A DNA stretch of 64,000 nt from Camelus ferus (lineage: Eukaryota). The notes beneath the pieces are model-generated. The model saw nothing but the letters and a program-made list of their open reading frames with translations. It did no database searches and was not told the DNA's origin. The position numbers and the translations under genes are program-made. Shown here in pieces: positions 38,790 through 52,139 of the stretch. The stretch covers positions 23,934,001 through 23,998,000 of the forward strand of contig NC_045696.1 of assembly GCF_009834535.1 (NCBI RefSeq), in the 5' to 3' direction. The number at the start of each line of letters is the position of its first letter. Position 1 is the stretch's first letter.

Positions 38790-40390
38790 TTTTTTTAATT
38801 GACATAATTCACATAACATAAAATTCACTATTTAATTTTTCTTCCAGTTTTATTGAGATATAAGTGACATACAGCACTGTATACATGTAAGATGTACAGC
38901 ATTGTGGTTTGACTTACATACTTCACGAAATGATTAGCACGATGATTTTAGTGAACATCTGTCATCTCATATAGATACAAAATTAAAGAAATAAAAAAAA
39001 GTTTTTCCTTGTGATGAGAACTCAGCATTTATTCTCTTAACAACTTTCATATAGGACACACAGCAGTGCTAATTATATTGATCATGTACACTACATCACT
39101 AGTACATATTTATCTTATAACTGGAAGTTTGTACCTTTTGACTGTCAACGTCCAATTTCCCCTCCTCCCCTCCTCGCATCGCTGGTAACCACCAATCGGA
39201 TCTCTTTTTCTATGAGTTTGTTTGTTTGTTTCTCTGCTTGTTCATTTTTGAAGCATAATTGACCTACAAAATTATATTAGTTCCTGTTACACAACATAAT
39301 GATTCGATATTTCTATACATTACAAAATGATCACCATGATAAGTCCAGTTACCATCTGTCACTATACTAAAATAGTACATAATTATTGACTACATTCCCT
39401 ACACTGTACATTTCATACCCATGACTCATTTATTTTGCAACTGGAAATTTGCATCTCTTAATCTCCCTCACCTATTTCTTTCCTCTCCCCACCCCCCTAC
39501 TTTAAAACGTACAATTTAAAGATTTTGTTTTTAGTGAAGTCACTAGGTTGTACAACCATCACCATTATTTAATTCCAGACCATTTTTATCATCCCCAAAC
39601 AAAATCCAGTATCTATTAGTCATTCATGTCAATCACCACCCTCCCCAACACACACATACACACACTCACTCCTTAGGCAACCATTAATCTATGTTCTGTG
39701 TGGATTTGTCTGTTCTAGACATCCCATGTATAAGATATCATACAACATGTGACATTTTGTGTCTGGCTTTTTTTGCTTAACATGTTTTCTAGGCTCATCC
39801 ATTGGTAGCATATAATAGCATTTCACTTCTTTTTGTGGTTGAATAATTGTATGGACATAACAGCATTTTTTATTCATTCGTCAGTTGATGGACATTTGAA
39901 CTTTCTCTACTTTATGGCTACTCTGAATAAAATCGCTGTGAATTTTTGTGTGCAAGTATTTGGGTGAACATATGTTTAAAATTATCTTGGGTATATACCT
40001 AGGAGTGGCATTGCTGGGGCATGTGGCAATTCTATGTTTAAATTTTTAAGGAGCCACAAATTACATAACACAGCAACTTTGTCATGTTACGCTACTCCCA
40101 GTGGCACATTAGCATTCCATTTTCTCTACAATTTCACCAACACCTGTTCTTTTCCTTTAAAAAAAATCGTCGTTGCCATCCTGGTGTGAAGTGATACCTC
40201 CTTATAGTTTTGATTTGCATTTCCCTAGTGATTAATGACATTAAGTATCTTATTATGTGCTTATTTGCTCTTTTTAATATCTCTTTTCTAAAAATTTCCA
40301 TTTGGGTATTTGCCCACTTTGGATTGGGTTATTTGTCTTTTTTACTGTTGGGTTATAAGCATTCTTTTCATATTCTGAATAGGTCTTTAT
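38790..40390 (-). mobile_element. L1MB-like 3' region interrupted by a younger L1
   Basis: ttaattgacataattcacataacataaaattcac continues as gtacaattt...gttgatggacattt...tttgatttgcatttccct. Confidence 0.85.
38836..39497 (-). mobile_element. L1MA9-like 3' end nested in L1MB
   Basis: ccagttttattgagatataagtgacatacagcactgtata...ataactggaagtttgtacc. Confidence 0.8.
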
Positions 40391-42234
40391 CGGTTCACTT
40401 TCTGCCTCCTTTTCCTAAATTTTTCTTTGCCGGTTCAGTCTCACTTTTCAAATTGTTTTATAACACTGGCTGAAAGTGAGTTGTCCCTTTATTAAGATAC
40501 TTGGTCTTTCAACATTTTTTCTTTAACTGAAAATCATTATAAAATATTTTACTTTTAAAAACCTTTCTGTGTTGAACCTACCAGAGGTATTAAAAAATAG
40601 AAGATAATATCATATCAACAGAATACGTGTCAACTATTACACTCAATTATACTGAATTTGTACAATTCAGAATTAAGAAGTAACTGTACACTTAATGAGA
40701 ATATATGCCATAGCAAGTATACTGGCCTCTGAGCTTGCTCTTGGAGGGGTCCAAGGAAGAGATACAAGGAAGTTCTTTGAGGACAAAGTCACATGGTGAG
40801 AATAACAAATGGAAATGATTAAATCCAGATTGTAAATCCAATGGCTGTCTGCCCACTGAAATCTAAAGTCACCAGAAGGGAAGAAAGTCTCTCACTTGGA
40901 TTTTAATTTTTCAACCCCTATCTAGAGGCACATTGTCAGTCACAATACGGGTAACCCTAGAAGAAAAAGACCCCATAAGTCATTTGAGGAGCACAATTGT
41001 TATTAAATAAAAAAATAAACAAAAACAAAAATGAAAATTGAATAATATAGAGAAATAAGGAGACTTAATGAATCAAATAAAACAAGAACTTAAAAATAAT
41101 GAACATTTAAAAACATATGGGTAGGGAGATACTAATAACATTTAAATTATGAACAAGAATGAAACGGAACTAATGGATGTGAAAAATAATGGAAATAAAA
41201 ATTCAATGAGTGTGATAAATAGCAGAGAGGATTCAGGGGAGAACAAACTAGAAAACAGAAAGCTCATGTTAAAAACGTATTTCAGAATGAATCAGGAAAG
41301 GGAGCAGAAAAACTATAAAACTAGGCAAGATGAATGAGAGAAAGAAAAATGTCACTGGTAAAAACGCAAGTGAGGAAACAAATTAATGATTGATAACAAG
41401 TAACAGTAGGCATTCAAAGTAAGGAAATACAGCAAGTTGAAAAGGCCTATAGAGTAACTAAAAGATGAACTTTTAAAAAATACAATATCCAACAATTAGA
41501 CATATTAGAGTACACACTAAAGACAAAGAGAAAATTCTAAGAACATTTTCAGATACAAATAAGAGCAGTTTACCTACAAATGGGCAAAGAATGGGCAAAG
41601 AACAATATCATCAGGTATCCAGGAAGGTATTAAAGTATTACTCAACACATGGAATGAGGAGAATCTTGAACTTAGAATGTTTTATTCAGCTAAATTATTA
41701 TTGAAATATGAACTTGCAAAAAGATATTGTCAGGCCCACAGATACTTGCCATGAAAACATTTCCGGAGGAAGTATTTCAATAAAAAGGAAAATAAATGCA
41801 AGAGGACTGAAAATATATGAAAAGTGAAATGAATAAAAAGCTAAATAAAGTTTATTTCTGTCAATATAATATATTCATAGCTAAAATTCTAGATAATTCT
41901 AACACAGTAAAATTAAGACCAAGGGGTAGGGGAAGACGACCAGAGAGGTACGAGATCGTGCTGAGGTTTTCCTCTTATATTGGGGAAATGCTAGAGATTG
42001 ATAAGCTTTGGAAATACACAAAAACCCTTGGGGGAAAACAATAGAAGAATGAAAACAGAATGTATGACTTTCAGTCCAACAAAAAGAATTTCTATTTATT
42101 AAAGGTATGAGAAGGTAGAAAAGAAAATATGGTAAGGCAAAAACATGAAATGAGATGGAAAAACTAGGTCTAATAAGTCAGTAATTATAATCTGCTATTA
42201 CTTAAGCAGATTTTTATTGTGTGTCTATTAACTA

Positions 42235-42835
42235 ACAGCCCCTTGGGAGAGATAATAAAAATAAATGAAAAAATAATATGGCAAATTAAGAATGATAAGT
42301 GCTATGGAAAAAATAAATCAGGGAAGAGGTTAAGGGGTGGCTGGGTTTGGTTTGCAATTAAGTAGTTGAAATTTGAGTCAAAGCTTTAAGGAGGTGAGGG
42401 AATAAACTCTTAAGAAAGCAGTGGCAGAGTACTCCAGGAAGAGAGAACAGAACTGTGGAGGGGAACAAACCTGGCCTGTTCAGAAAAAAAGGGAGGTCAG
42501 CATGGCTGGTGAGCAAGGGGAGAGTATGAGGCAATGCTGTCAGAGAAACGATGAGGGGTGCAGATGACGTCAGGTCTGAGAAATCATTGTAAAGATTTTT
42601 GTCTTTTACTCTGAATGAGATGAGAATGCATAGAAAGGTTTTGAGTACATTAACACAGACTCAGACTGGCTTCTGAGTTGAGGTAAGCTGTGGAGGAGCA
42701 GCTGTGGGAGCAACAAGGGCAGTAAAGAGGTTATTGCCAAAGGGCAGGTCAGAGATGCTGGTGGCTTGGCCCAGGCTGACAGTGCTGAGGATGGAGAGGT
42801 ATGGTCAAATGACAAATAGTGATACAAAGTTAGGC
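42235..42835 (-). mobile_element. L2a fragment nested in the old L1
   Basis: gataagtgctatggaaaaaataaa...ttttactctgaatgagatg...ggtggcttggcccagg. Confidence 0.8.
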
Positions 42836-42838
42836 AGG

Positions 42839-42882
<44 letters not shown>
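42839..42882 (+). repeat. (TAGA)11 microsatellite
   Basis: Perfect tetranucleotide run. Confidence 0.97.
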
Positions 42883-43724
42883 ATAGATCGATCAATTGTC
42901 AGGGGAAAAAATGTCAATAGATCAAATTCTCAAATCAAATGGCAGATTCTCAGACTGGATTTCTAAAAATATATATCCAGTCATGTGCTATCAATAAGAG
43001 ACAAACTTGAAACAAAATAAAAAGGCTGAAGACAAAGGGGTGGGAACAGATATAATGGTCATATATGAGCAACAGAAAATGAATACAACAAATTTTATTT
43101 AGGAAAAAGTATAGTTTAATCAAAAATTTAAAAACTTAAAACTAAGTCACCAAGTAGGAGGTTAACAAAAGGAAAAGTAGATTAAGAAGTTACAATGATC
43201 ATCAAAATATATGTACTTAACAACATAAACACACTTCCAAATATATATATATATATAGAAATGTGTGTGTGTGTGTATATATATTTATATGAACAGTACC
43301 TAGATTAAACATTGCAGTTGGAAATTAACATTTCACTCAGAAGCTAACACATATATAGATAAAAACAAACAAGTTATAAAGGATTTAAACTAAATTATCT
43401 ATCAGACTAAACCACATATGGTGTATAAATATATTAAAAGTTTACCAAACAAATGGAAAATATATACTTTTTTCAAACAGAAGAGTAGTTGATGTACTAT
43501 TTTCCAAGTAAAAGGGACACATTTACTTCCAATTAACCATCACTTTGGGGATTATATTTTCTGATCATAATTTAATAAATGAAAAAAAAATAATATATAT
43601 ATATAAATCTTTAAAATCTCATATGCTTAAAACTAAGTTATCAATAAATAATCTACAGGTTAAGGAATAATTATTAGAAATATATATACATATATACATA
43701 CATATATACATATATAGTCACAAT

Positions 43725-44390
43725 GGCATACTTGTTCTCACCCACCAAATTGGCTACAATAAAAAAGACTGATAATGCCAAATGTTGTCAAGGATGTGGA
43801 GCAACAGGAACTCTCACACAGTGAGGATGCAACCGTTTGGGAAACAACGTGGCATTGAAGCTGATGATGCACAAACCCTGGGAAGCATCAGTTTCAGGCT
43901 AGAGACTATCCCCTAGAGAAGCTCTCATGCGTGTGAACCAGAGCAGATGTGCAGAATTTCCCCAGTAGTACTGTTTGTAAGAACAGGGAGCAGGAAACAA
44001 CCCAAATGCCCACCAAGAATAGAACAGAAAAGCAAATTGTGGTATCTTTATAAAATGGAATGCTACACAGGAACAAAAAGTAATTAGTTATAGTTGTATA
44101 TTTAAATGAGATCGAAGAGCAAAAACTTAGTATTGAGCAAGAAAGGAAAGTCACAGAAGAAAAGAATGGATTCATTTAAATTAAGATTAAAAACTATATA
44201 TGGTATTATGGCAAAACTATAAAGAAAAACTAGTCAACGAATTGACCAATATAAAATCCAGGGCTGCTGTTACTTCTAGAGGGGAAGGAAAGGAGAATGC
44301 ACTCAGGAAGCTTCAAAGGAACCTCAGCGATAGGTATGTGAGCGTTTATTTTATTATTATATGTAAAATGAACAAAGAAACAAACATGTA
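43725..44390 (+). mobile_element. Separate L1ME 3' fragment
   Basis: caaatgttgtcaaggatgtggagcaacaggaactctcacac; gaaacaacccaaatgccc. Confidence 0.7.
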
Positions 44391-46016
44391 AATAAACCGT
44401 CAAAAACCTGATAGTATAGTTAACTGATAGTAGTTAACTATGAGTGACGGATATATGGGTGAGACATACTAATACACAAATATATTTCATAAGTACTTGC
44501 CAGGCTTCCTATAATGCACTAGTAGTAACTGCATATTAAAAACACTCAAAGCTAAGACAAATTCCAAAGTACTGGGCCAGGCATGTTGGCGGAAGGTCTT
44601 ACAGGAGACTCATGTTCTTCGGCGATCCTGCAGCCAGCTCCAAAGCCCTCTGCTGACTGCAAAGGTTCAACAAGCCAGGGCACACACCTGGTCATCTGTC
44701 AGCTTTCTAGATCTCCAGTGGCAGAATTCAGGGCCCTCTGGCAAGAGCTCCACAGTGACCCAGTCAGCCCGCCTGAGTGTACTATAAGCATAGAAATGCT
44801 GGTTCCCCAAGATGGGGTTCAAGTATTTTTTAAACGCATGGAAGAAAATGTCAATAAAAATATAGAACAAAGGCAAAGTAGTAATTAGAGGAAATTTTAG
44901 TACCAAGTAAATTACCATAAAGGGATAAATTAAAAACAGCTTTGATAAGTGGTTAGCTAAACAATTTGGAAAAAAGCAACAATCTATATAAATAAGACAG
45001 GAAGAAGGAGAGAGAAAACATTACAATCAAAAACTAAAAGAGAGCGGGAGAGAGAGAGAAGCAAATACAACCAGAAGTTGGTTTCTTTGTATGAATTTAC
45101 GCTATAGACAATGAGAGATGAAGGAGAGGAGGAGAGGCTACAACTCAAAACAAGAATGATAAAGGAGAAATAACTACAGGTAAAGTACAGACTGAAAATG
45201 CAATAAAATGTCATGTAGAACTACGAAGCAACACATTTGAAAATCATATGATAGATAAATTTTTGCATATTATAGGATGTAAAAACTGGCATAAAAATAA
45301 TATAATCTTGACTAGATTAATAACAATTAAACTAAAAAATAATCAACCCCCCTCTCCCCTCACTAAAATAGAGAGCCCCTGGCCAAGAGAGTTCTACACT
45401 GGATCTGATCACAATTTCAAGGCATATATAATCTATATTTTATTACAAATTCTTTCAGAAAATAGAGAAGAAGGAAATATTGACCAAGTCATTTTAGAAG
45501 ACTAGTGTAACCTTAATTTCAAAACCAGATAATGACCGTACATAAAAAAGAAAGATAGGAGCCCATAACTCTTGTAAGCAAAGATGAAAAGTCCTAATTA
45601 AAGTAATAGCTAAATGTAATCCAGAGTTAAATAATAATAATATTAGCACAGCATGATAAATAAGATTTATCCTAGGAAGGCAGGAATGTTTTCACATCAG
45701 AAAAATCTGTTAGAATAACTCACCACATTAATAAATTTAAAAAAAAGTGTATTCACATAATTATCCCAATAGAAGCAGAAAGAGTATTTGATAAATTTCA
45801 CTCTGTGTCTGACACAGGTTCTCAGAAAGTCAAGTATAGAATGGACTGCTCTTAATTTTACCGTTAAAAACGCCATACCAAATCCAAGAGCAAACATCAC
45901 ATTAAGGCAGAAATCTTAGATACAATCTCTGGGAGACCGAAATAAGAGGAGGAAGATGGCTCACACCTGTATTGCTCCACATAGCAATAGATACTTTGCT
46001 TTGCGTTACAGTAAGT

Positions 46017-46061
46017 CACACACACACACAAAATAAACACACACACACACACACACACACA
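46017..46061 (+). repeat. Interrupted (AC)n microsatellite
   Basis: Read directly. Confidence 0.9.
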
Positions 46062-49000
46062 CCAGAGATGTTAGTATTGGTAGGGAAAAATGTTAATACT
46101 TACAGAAGATGTATGCTCAACTACATGGAAAACCCCAAAGAATCAATAAACTATAGAACTTAGTGACAAATTGAGAGTCCATTTAAAAATTCAGTAATGT
46201 TTTTCTAGACTAGAAATAACCAGTTAAGAAAATTTAAAAAATAAAGAAAACACAATTCACCATATTAACAAACTAAGAATTGAACTAACAAAAATCCACA
46301 CACCTTTAAAGAAGAAATGAGTTAAACTATAGAAGGACAAAAAGATAAATAAATGGAGAGCATGGCCATGCATATGGATAGAATGACTTAATATTTTTAA
46401 GTAGACAGATGATAAGGCAATTATAAAAATGGTAATTGTAGAATTTAGGTGGTGGTATATGAGCGCTCCAGCACAATTCTATATTCTGTGTATGTTTAAA
46501 TTTTTAACATAGTTTTTTTTGGCTTTACATAAAGTACCTCATACAGTCCCATTTTGATGCTGCAGGATGAATCTTAAAGACAGACTCATGGAAACGCCAC
46601 ATCGTGCTGAGGAAAATGCTTCCGTTTTGTGCAAGATCAGAACTTTGTGTCACTATCCAACTAATAATGTTCCAGTTCATGACAATGAATGCTACAGAAA
46701 GATGATCTGTCTGCGGTTCTGTTCTCAGAGTCCTGGATATCAGGGCCAAGAACTTAGACTTCCACATAGCTGCTCATAAAATTCTCGGAACGTCTCCATG
46801 TTACATGAAGGTGATTTAGTTCTTATTGCGTTGGGATGTTGAATTCTGAATCTACTTGTTCATCACACAACCCCCTGCTCAGAGTGACTGGGATCGCAAA
46901 GACAGACACATGTAACACCAATTGTTATTCACACTATAAGTGCCCTGCTTCGGGCACAAGTTCTCCAGTAACCACAGTTTAATGACAAAGGTATATGGGC
47001 GTGTACCATTAGAATTCTCAAAATTTTAGCAAGAAGAGCAAACACTTCTACTCTTTCATTATTGGCACAATAATGAATGTATTTTAAGTATAAATGGTAA
47101 TATTTCACAGAATTTGGCCCTTCTCAAATTCCAATATCTTGAACAAATAAAATACTCATATGAAAAAATGATGGAGTTTCAATTCTCAGAGATTAGGTTC
47201 AATGGTATATGAGCATAATTACCTGTATAAAAATGTTCTCTTTCCATGACTGTATTAAGTGATAACTCTTAAGAAAAGAGTGAAGAACTCTTAAAAGTTC
47301 ACACCATTCATCTAGTTTCCAGAAAGTTCCAGACTATATATGAAGTAGTTAATCATCAATTTTAGAGTGGCAATAAGCAATCAAATAATGTGTGAATGTT
47401 ATAATGCAAAATTGATTTTATTCTCTTTCAGATAGAATTATATGGTTCAGGACCCTGAGGTGTGAATTTGATAAATTTCACTTTGTTGGGCTTAATTGGT
47501 TAATGAGATCTCCAAAAATATCTAGTAATGACCAAAGTTCTCCAAAAGACTTATTCAAGTAGATACCTCAATGAAATATAGAAGAGGGAAGATGTAAACT
47601 ATCTCAAGGAGGGCAAGAAAAGACAACACATGGCGTATATTAATAAATATAAATCAGCATTTTGAAAATTTGGAGGCAGAGGTTTAGTTAGCATTTGCTA
47701 TTAAAGGCTTTCCAGAAATTTAATTTTGAGTGAAGTATTGACAAAGGAAAGGAAGATGTAATGGGAAAGTTAAGGCGGAATTTAAAGTCTGTGTTTTGCT
47801 TGTTTTATAAATGATTTTTTCTAATGACTACAACTTTAAAGATAGTCTCTATAATGTAATTTAAAAATTCAGTGACTGGTGAAGAAAAAAGAAAATATAA
47901 GTTACCTATTGTGTTTGTTTACATGAGTAATATATGTAACAAATATTTTAAACCATCTTTTATTCAGAGCTTTTCTTTGAATTTTACTATTTCAAATCAA
48001 GTCTCTAAGTTGTCAACACATGTAAACAACATATTTGCATTTATCAAATATCCAAACCTAGAAACAATATGATTTTTTAAAAGCAAATTTATGTTTGTGC
48101 CTAATATAAAGGTATTGAATTAATAAATTAAGATTTATTTTATCTATTTCCGTATTATCTGATAAACACTGAATGACGTACCATTAATAGGACTCGAGTT
48201 TCTCCTATAATTATAGAAGAAATTATCTTTGTAGAGCCAATCAGAAAGTCAAATTAATCAAAATAATGAGAGAAGTTTATAGCATTTTTGTAAACATTTA
48301 CCTTTTCAGTGACAGATAATAAAACAACTTTGTTTTCCCACTTTATAAATTGATGCAATCTTGATGCATAAATTTCTTATTAAGCAAACTCAGCCTTAAT
48401 GAACATTTGCCAAACTCCACATTGATGCTTAAAGAAGGAATAACATTCAGTGGCTATGTTTCTCTCACTACAGATAAAAGGAGTCCAGGCTCTTTCACTC
48501 TTATCTAGTTTTTTCTGATTGCCTATATGCCTATATGTGATCTTCAGTTTTTATTAGATATTTGATTGCTTTGTTGAAAGTGACCTTCAGTCTCCAGCTG
48601 AGATGACCCCCAGATATATCTCTTCTGGGACATTTTGTCCGATTTCAGATTATCAGCTCCAAAGGTTAGATTGTCAGGGATGGATGGGAGAGATTTTTAC
48701 CTTTTATTTTCAAACTACAAGTGAGATCTCCAGCCAGTCTATGTCTGGGTTCAGTAGTCTTACTGGGCTGTTGGGAAAACTCAAGCCTGCTTGATTTAGT
48801 AAAAGGCAATGCTCTCTCCATAACCATTTCATTTTATTGTTTATTGATTTGATGGGCAATGCTGTTCATGTGCTTCTTTTACTTTTATGACAATTGATTT
48901 TAATAGCATTTATACAGCACAAGATATCATGTTAAATATTCTGTGGAATCCTACATTGTTATTAATTGTGCTAATAATCTTAATTTTTGTTAAAATTGTG

Positions 49001-50924
49001 AGGGAGCTGTTCTGAAATTTGGAAATCAATTGAAGCAGTAGGACCACCCCCACTCCCGTTTTGGAATAAAGGCAGGATTATCTGGGTTGAGGTTAAAAGG
49101 TCAGAAGAGAAGGGCATCCTTTTGTCAATATGCAGATGAAAAGCTGCCTCAGACAGAAGAATACAGCTTGATGGACCAATGAACTCAATCATCATCATGC
49201 CACCAAATAATGTTCGCCCTTAAAAGCTGGTCTCTGAAAATGTGAACACCTTCTTTTTAAACGTTCTCTGGAGTTAGGAAGAGGCTGTATCTATTCTTTT
49301 GAGAAAGAATTTAAATAATGTTGTCACACATCATGCCAAAATCAGTAGTAACAACAGAATTTACATTTCATTCCACACACTTCTAATAGTGAAAGTTACA
49401 GCATGCTTGGGAAATATTTGGAAGCTGAAGTCTCCCATCTTCAATCTCAGATTATGCAGTGGATAACAAAGGTCATATTATAGGCCATATTTTGTCTCTG
49501 CAGAAGATGTCATAGAAACACTTTAAACATAGGTACATTTTTTTCAAGGACTTGTATCACTGAAACTTAAAGTTGCACCAGCAAGATTGGAAAAGCCAGC
49601 CAGGAATACTCTGTGAGGCATCACAAATGCCAGTAACAGACAAAAGTTCTATTTGAAACATACATGCGCTCTCTCACTAGTAACATTTTTCTTAAATATC
49701 AAAATTTGATCTAGTGTAGGTGATTAAGTAGGAGTCCTTTTGTGACAACTCACCTATTCTTTAAAGTTGTAGACAGAATATAATGTTGTTTATTAACAGA
49801 AAATTCTGAAAGCATGAGCAATTCTAATCAAATCAAAGTTTAGAATGCTTAATAAATCACACTGAATAACAGGCATGTTCTTGTTGTCGTATGAAAAGCC
49901 AACAAACTGCACAGAGTTTACACAAATGTCCATTGATGTTACACAGTCAAGCCTTCAATTTTCCCTTTCCTCATTTTCACTAACATTTCTCCCATTTCTA
50001 TAATGAGGATCAAGATGGAGAGGAAACCACTGAGTTCAATCTTCATTGCAGACCCTTTCCCACAGACACATGTTAAAACAAAAGGTCAGTGGTCTGCCCT
50101 TTGGCCTCAGGCTGCTTGTCTTTGAACTCTTCCCAGTACCCTTTCACCTCCCCAGACCTCTCTCCGACCCCAGGAACCCACTGGCTCCACAAACAGCCCA
50201 TCCAGCTGCTCCTTCTGCACCCAACCTCTCGCCACTCCTGGCCTCATCCCTGCAATGGATTCCCTGCATTCTGGAGGGCTGGTGGTAACCGAATATATGA
50301 ACAGTGAAGGTGCTTTTTGCTCCATCAGGAAAAACTCTCAGTTCTGTTTTTTTAACTATAATGTGAGTAATAATATTAGGTGATACAGGCATTTTATTGT
50401 GACTAATAAATTGAATAAGTCAGACTCATCCTTAGAAAGAACCTTTGTAGAGTACGACTTCATTGGTTAAGGGACAGTCCTGACCAATGTCTCCATCACA
50501 AGGTGATTGGTGTCTGAATTCTCTTTTAAAGAACAAAACATTCTCCCTTAAATAAATTAGAGATTAGACTACAAATAATCCTATAACCTTTGGGGAATAG
50601 AATATTTTTCATGGAGGGAGTGAGAGCAAGAAGAATGTCAGAAGGAGGGTGGTTAAGCCAAAGGTGGCTGCCAGCATCAAAGACATCATCTCTGGAAAAT
50701 TTTTGGTTCATGACGGCCTAGTTAATTTCAATGGCATCTGAACACACAAAAAAGGGGGGTATTTACATATTCTATTTGTTTCAGGAGGAGTAGTAATTTC
50801 ATACTGTAAAACCATTCAAAAGTACTATTGTACTTAAAATAACTGCTGGTATCAGGCATCCTGTTTTATGTAAACTCCAAATTATTTAGCATTTTTAGTT
50901 TTAGCTGTCTCATGGAACTTAGTT

Positions 50925-51579
50925 TTCAATTCAGCAAATGTTTCCAAAACACTAAGTGTCCACCTGTGCCAATAACTGAGAATAAATAAAACAAGTTATA
51001 TATGGTAAGGGGTTGATAGTCTGGTAGAAAATGTTATGTTTTAAAATAACTAAGGCCAAAACAAAGTGATAGCTGGTGTAGTGCTGTATGTCGTTTGAAA
51101 CATAGTGAGGAAAATATGTGATTACATTAGCCCGATTGAGGTGAGGGTAGCTAAGGGGATGCAGTGCTATTTGAAATCATTCATTCATTCATTTAATGAA
51201 TACTTGGAAAATATAGAAGATATAATTGTGGACAATGCAGGCAGAAGTCTCTGCCCTCATGGTATGTATGCACATTCCTGGGGGTGAAAAAGAAATTAAT
51301 CAAGATAATGATAGATATGGTATGTTAGAAGTGAGAATGGAAGACAAAACAGAGAGGAAGGAAATGAAATGTTGAAGGGGGTGACATTTTTGTAAGGAAT
51401 TCCTGATTGACTTTCTTGAGAAGATGAATTCTGAATAAATACATTTTTGGGGGGAGAAGTTTGCCAAAGAGATGAAGGTTTGGAGGAAACATCTGAGACA
51501 GAGAAGCGAGCATGTACAAAGGCATGGAAACTTGCAAGTATAATGTATTTATAGGAAACAGCAGGTCGTGGGTCTGAAT

Positions 51580-51634
<55 letters not shown>

Positions 51635-51790
51635 TTGACAAGAGGCTGAATTGAGACCAAGATGTGAGAAACTTAGTCACTTAGCTAAGGAATTTGAGCC
51701 TTACCAGGACAGTAAGGCCACATCACAAGCTTTTAAGGAAGAAAATAAGATGTGATGCTGAAAGTTTAGGAGGAGCAATGTTGCTATGGC
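50925..51790 (-). mobile_element. L2 fragments
   Basis: attcattcattcatttaatgaatact; ccctcatgg; gtacaaaggcatggaa. Confidence 0.65.
51583..51630 (+). repeat. (GT)24 microsatellite
   Basis: Perfect 48-bp run. Confidence 0.98.
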
Positions 51791-52139
51791 ATCGGGGGAC
51801 GGCTTACACTAACTTGTGTCTAACTCCAGACAAACCAAGACCTCCCATATAGTTGTAGTGATGTTTCCTTGCACTCGTATATGCTTTCATTTTGGACATA
51901 GGCACTAGTGGATAGAATTGTCGGTGTGGAAGAGTGGAGAGCAAATGAGAAGTTGGCATTACAGCCTAAAGAGATGGTAAATTTGGAGCTACAGAAAATA
52001 AGGGCATTTGGTGGGAAATGTTTAAAAAATATGTTGGTTTAGTTCTTTAATTGTTGGACATATAAATATTGGTGTTTTTGATTGTAACTACTTGCTCTTT
52101 AAAGTACTCTTGAAAACAATGTACAAAAATTTTTAAAGC

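Larger units (their letters stand above)
40950..46500 (+). mobile_element. Highly decayed ancient L1M (ORF1 and ORF2 remnants) with nested inserts
   Basis: A-rich; ORF1-like gaacttagaatgttttattcagctaaatt; ORF2 start gattctcagactggat; RT-region atcccaatagaagcagaaagagtatttgataaa. Confidence 0.7.

Noticed and set aside
46940..46957. Hairpin gtgccc-tgcttc-gggcac resembling the U6 snRNA 5' stem
   Set aside because: Similarity does not extend into the rest of U6
47432..47459. Possible 28-nt micro-exon after ttctctttcag
   Set aside because: Weak donor gtgtga, stops in two frames, no recognisable peptide
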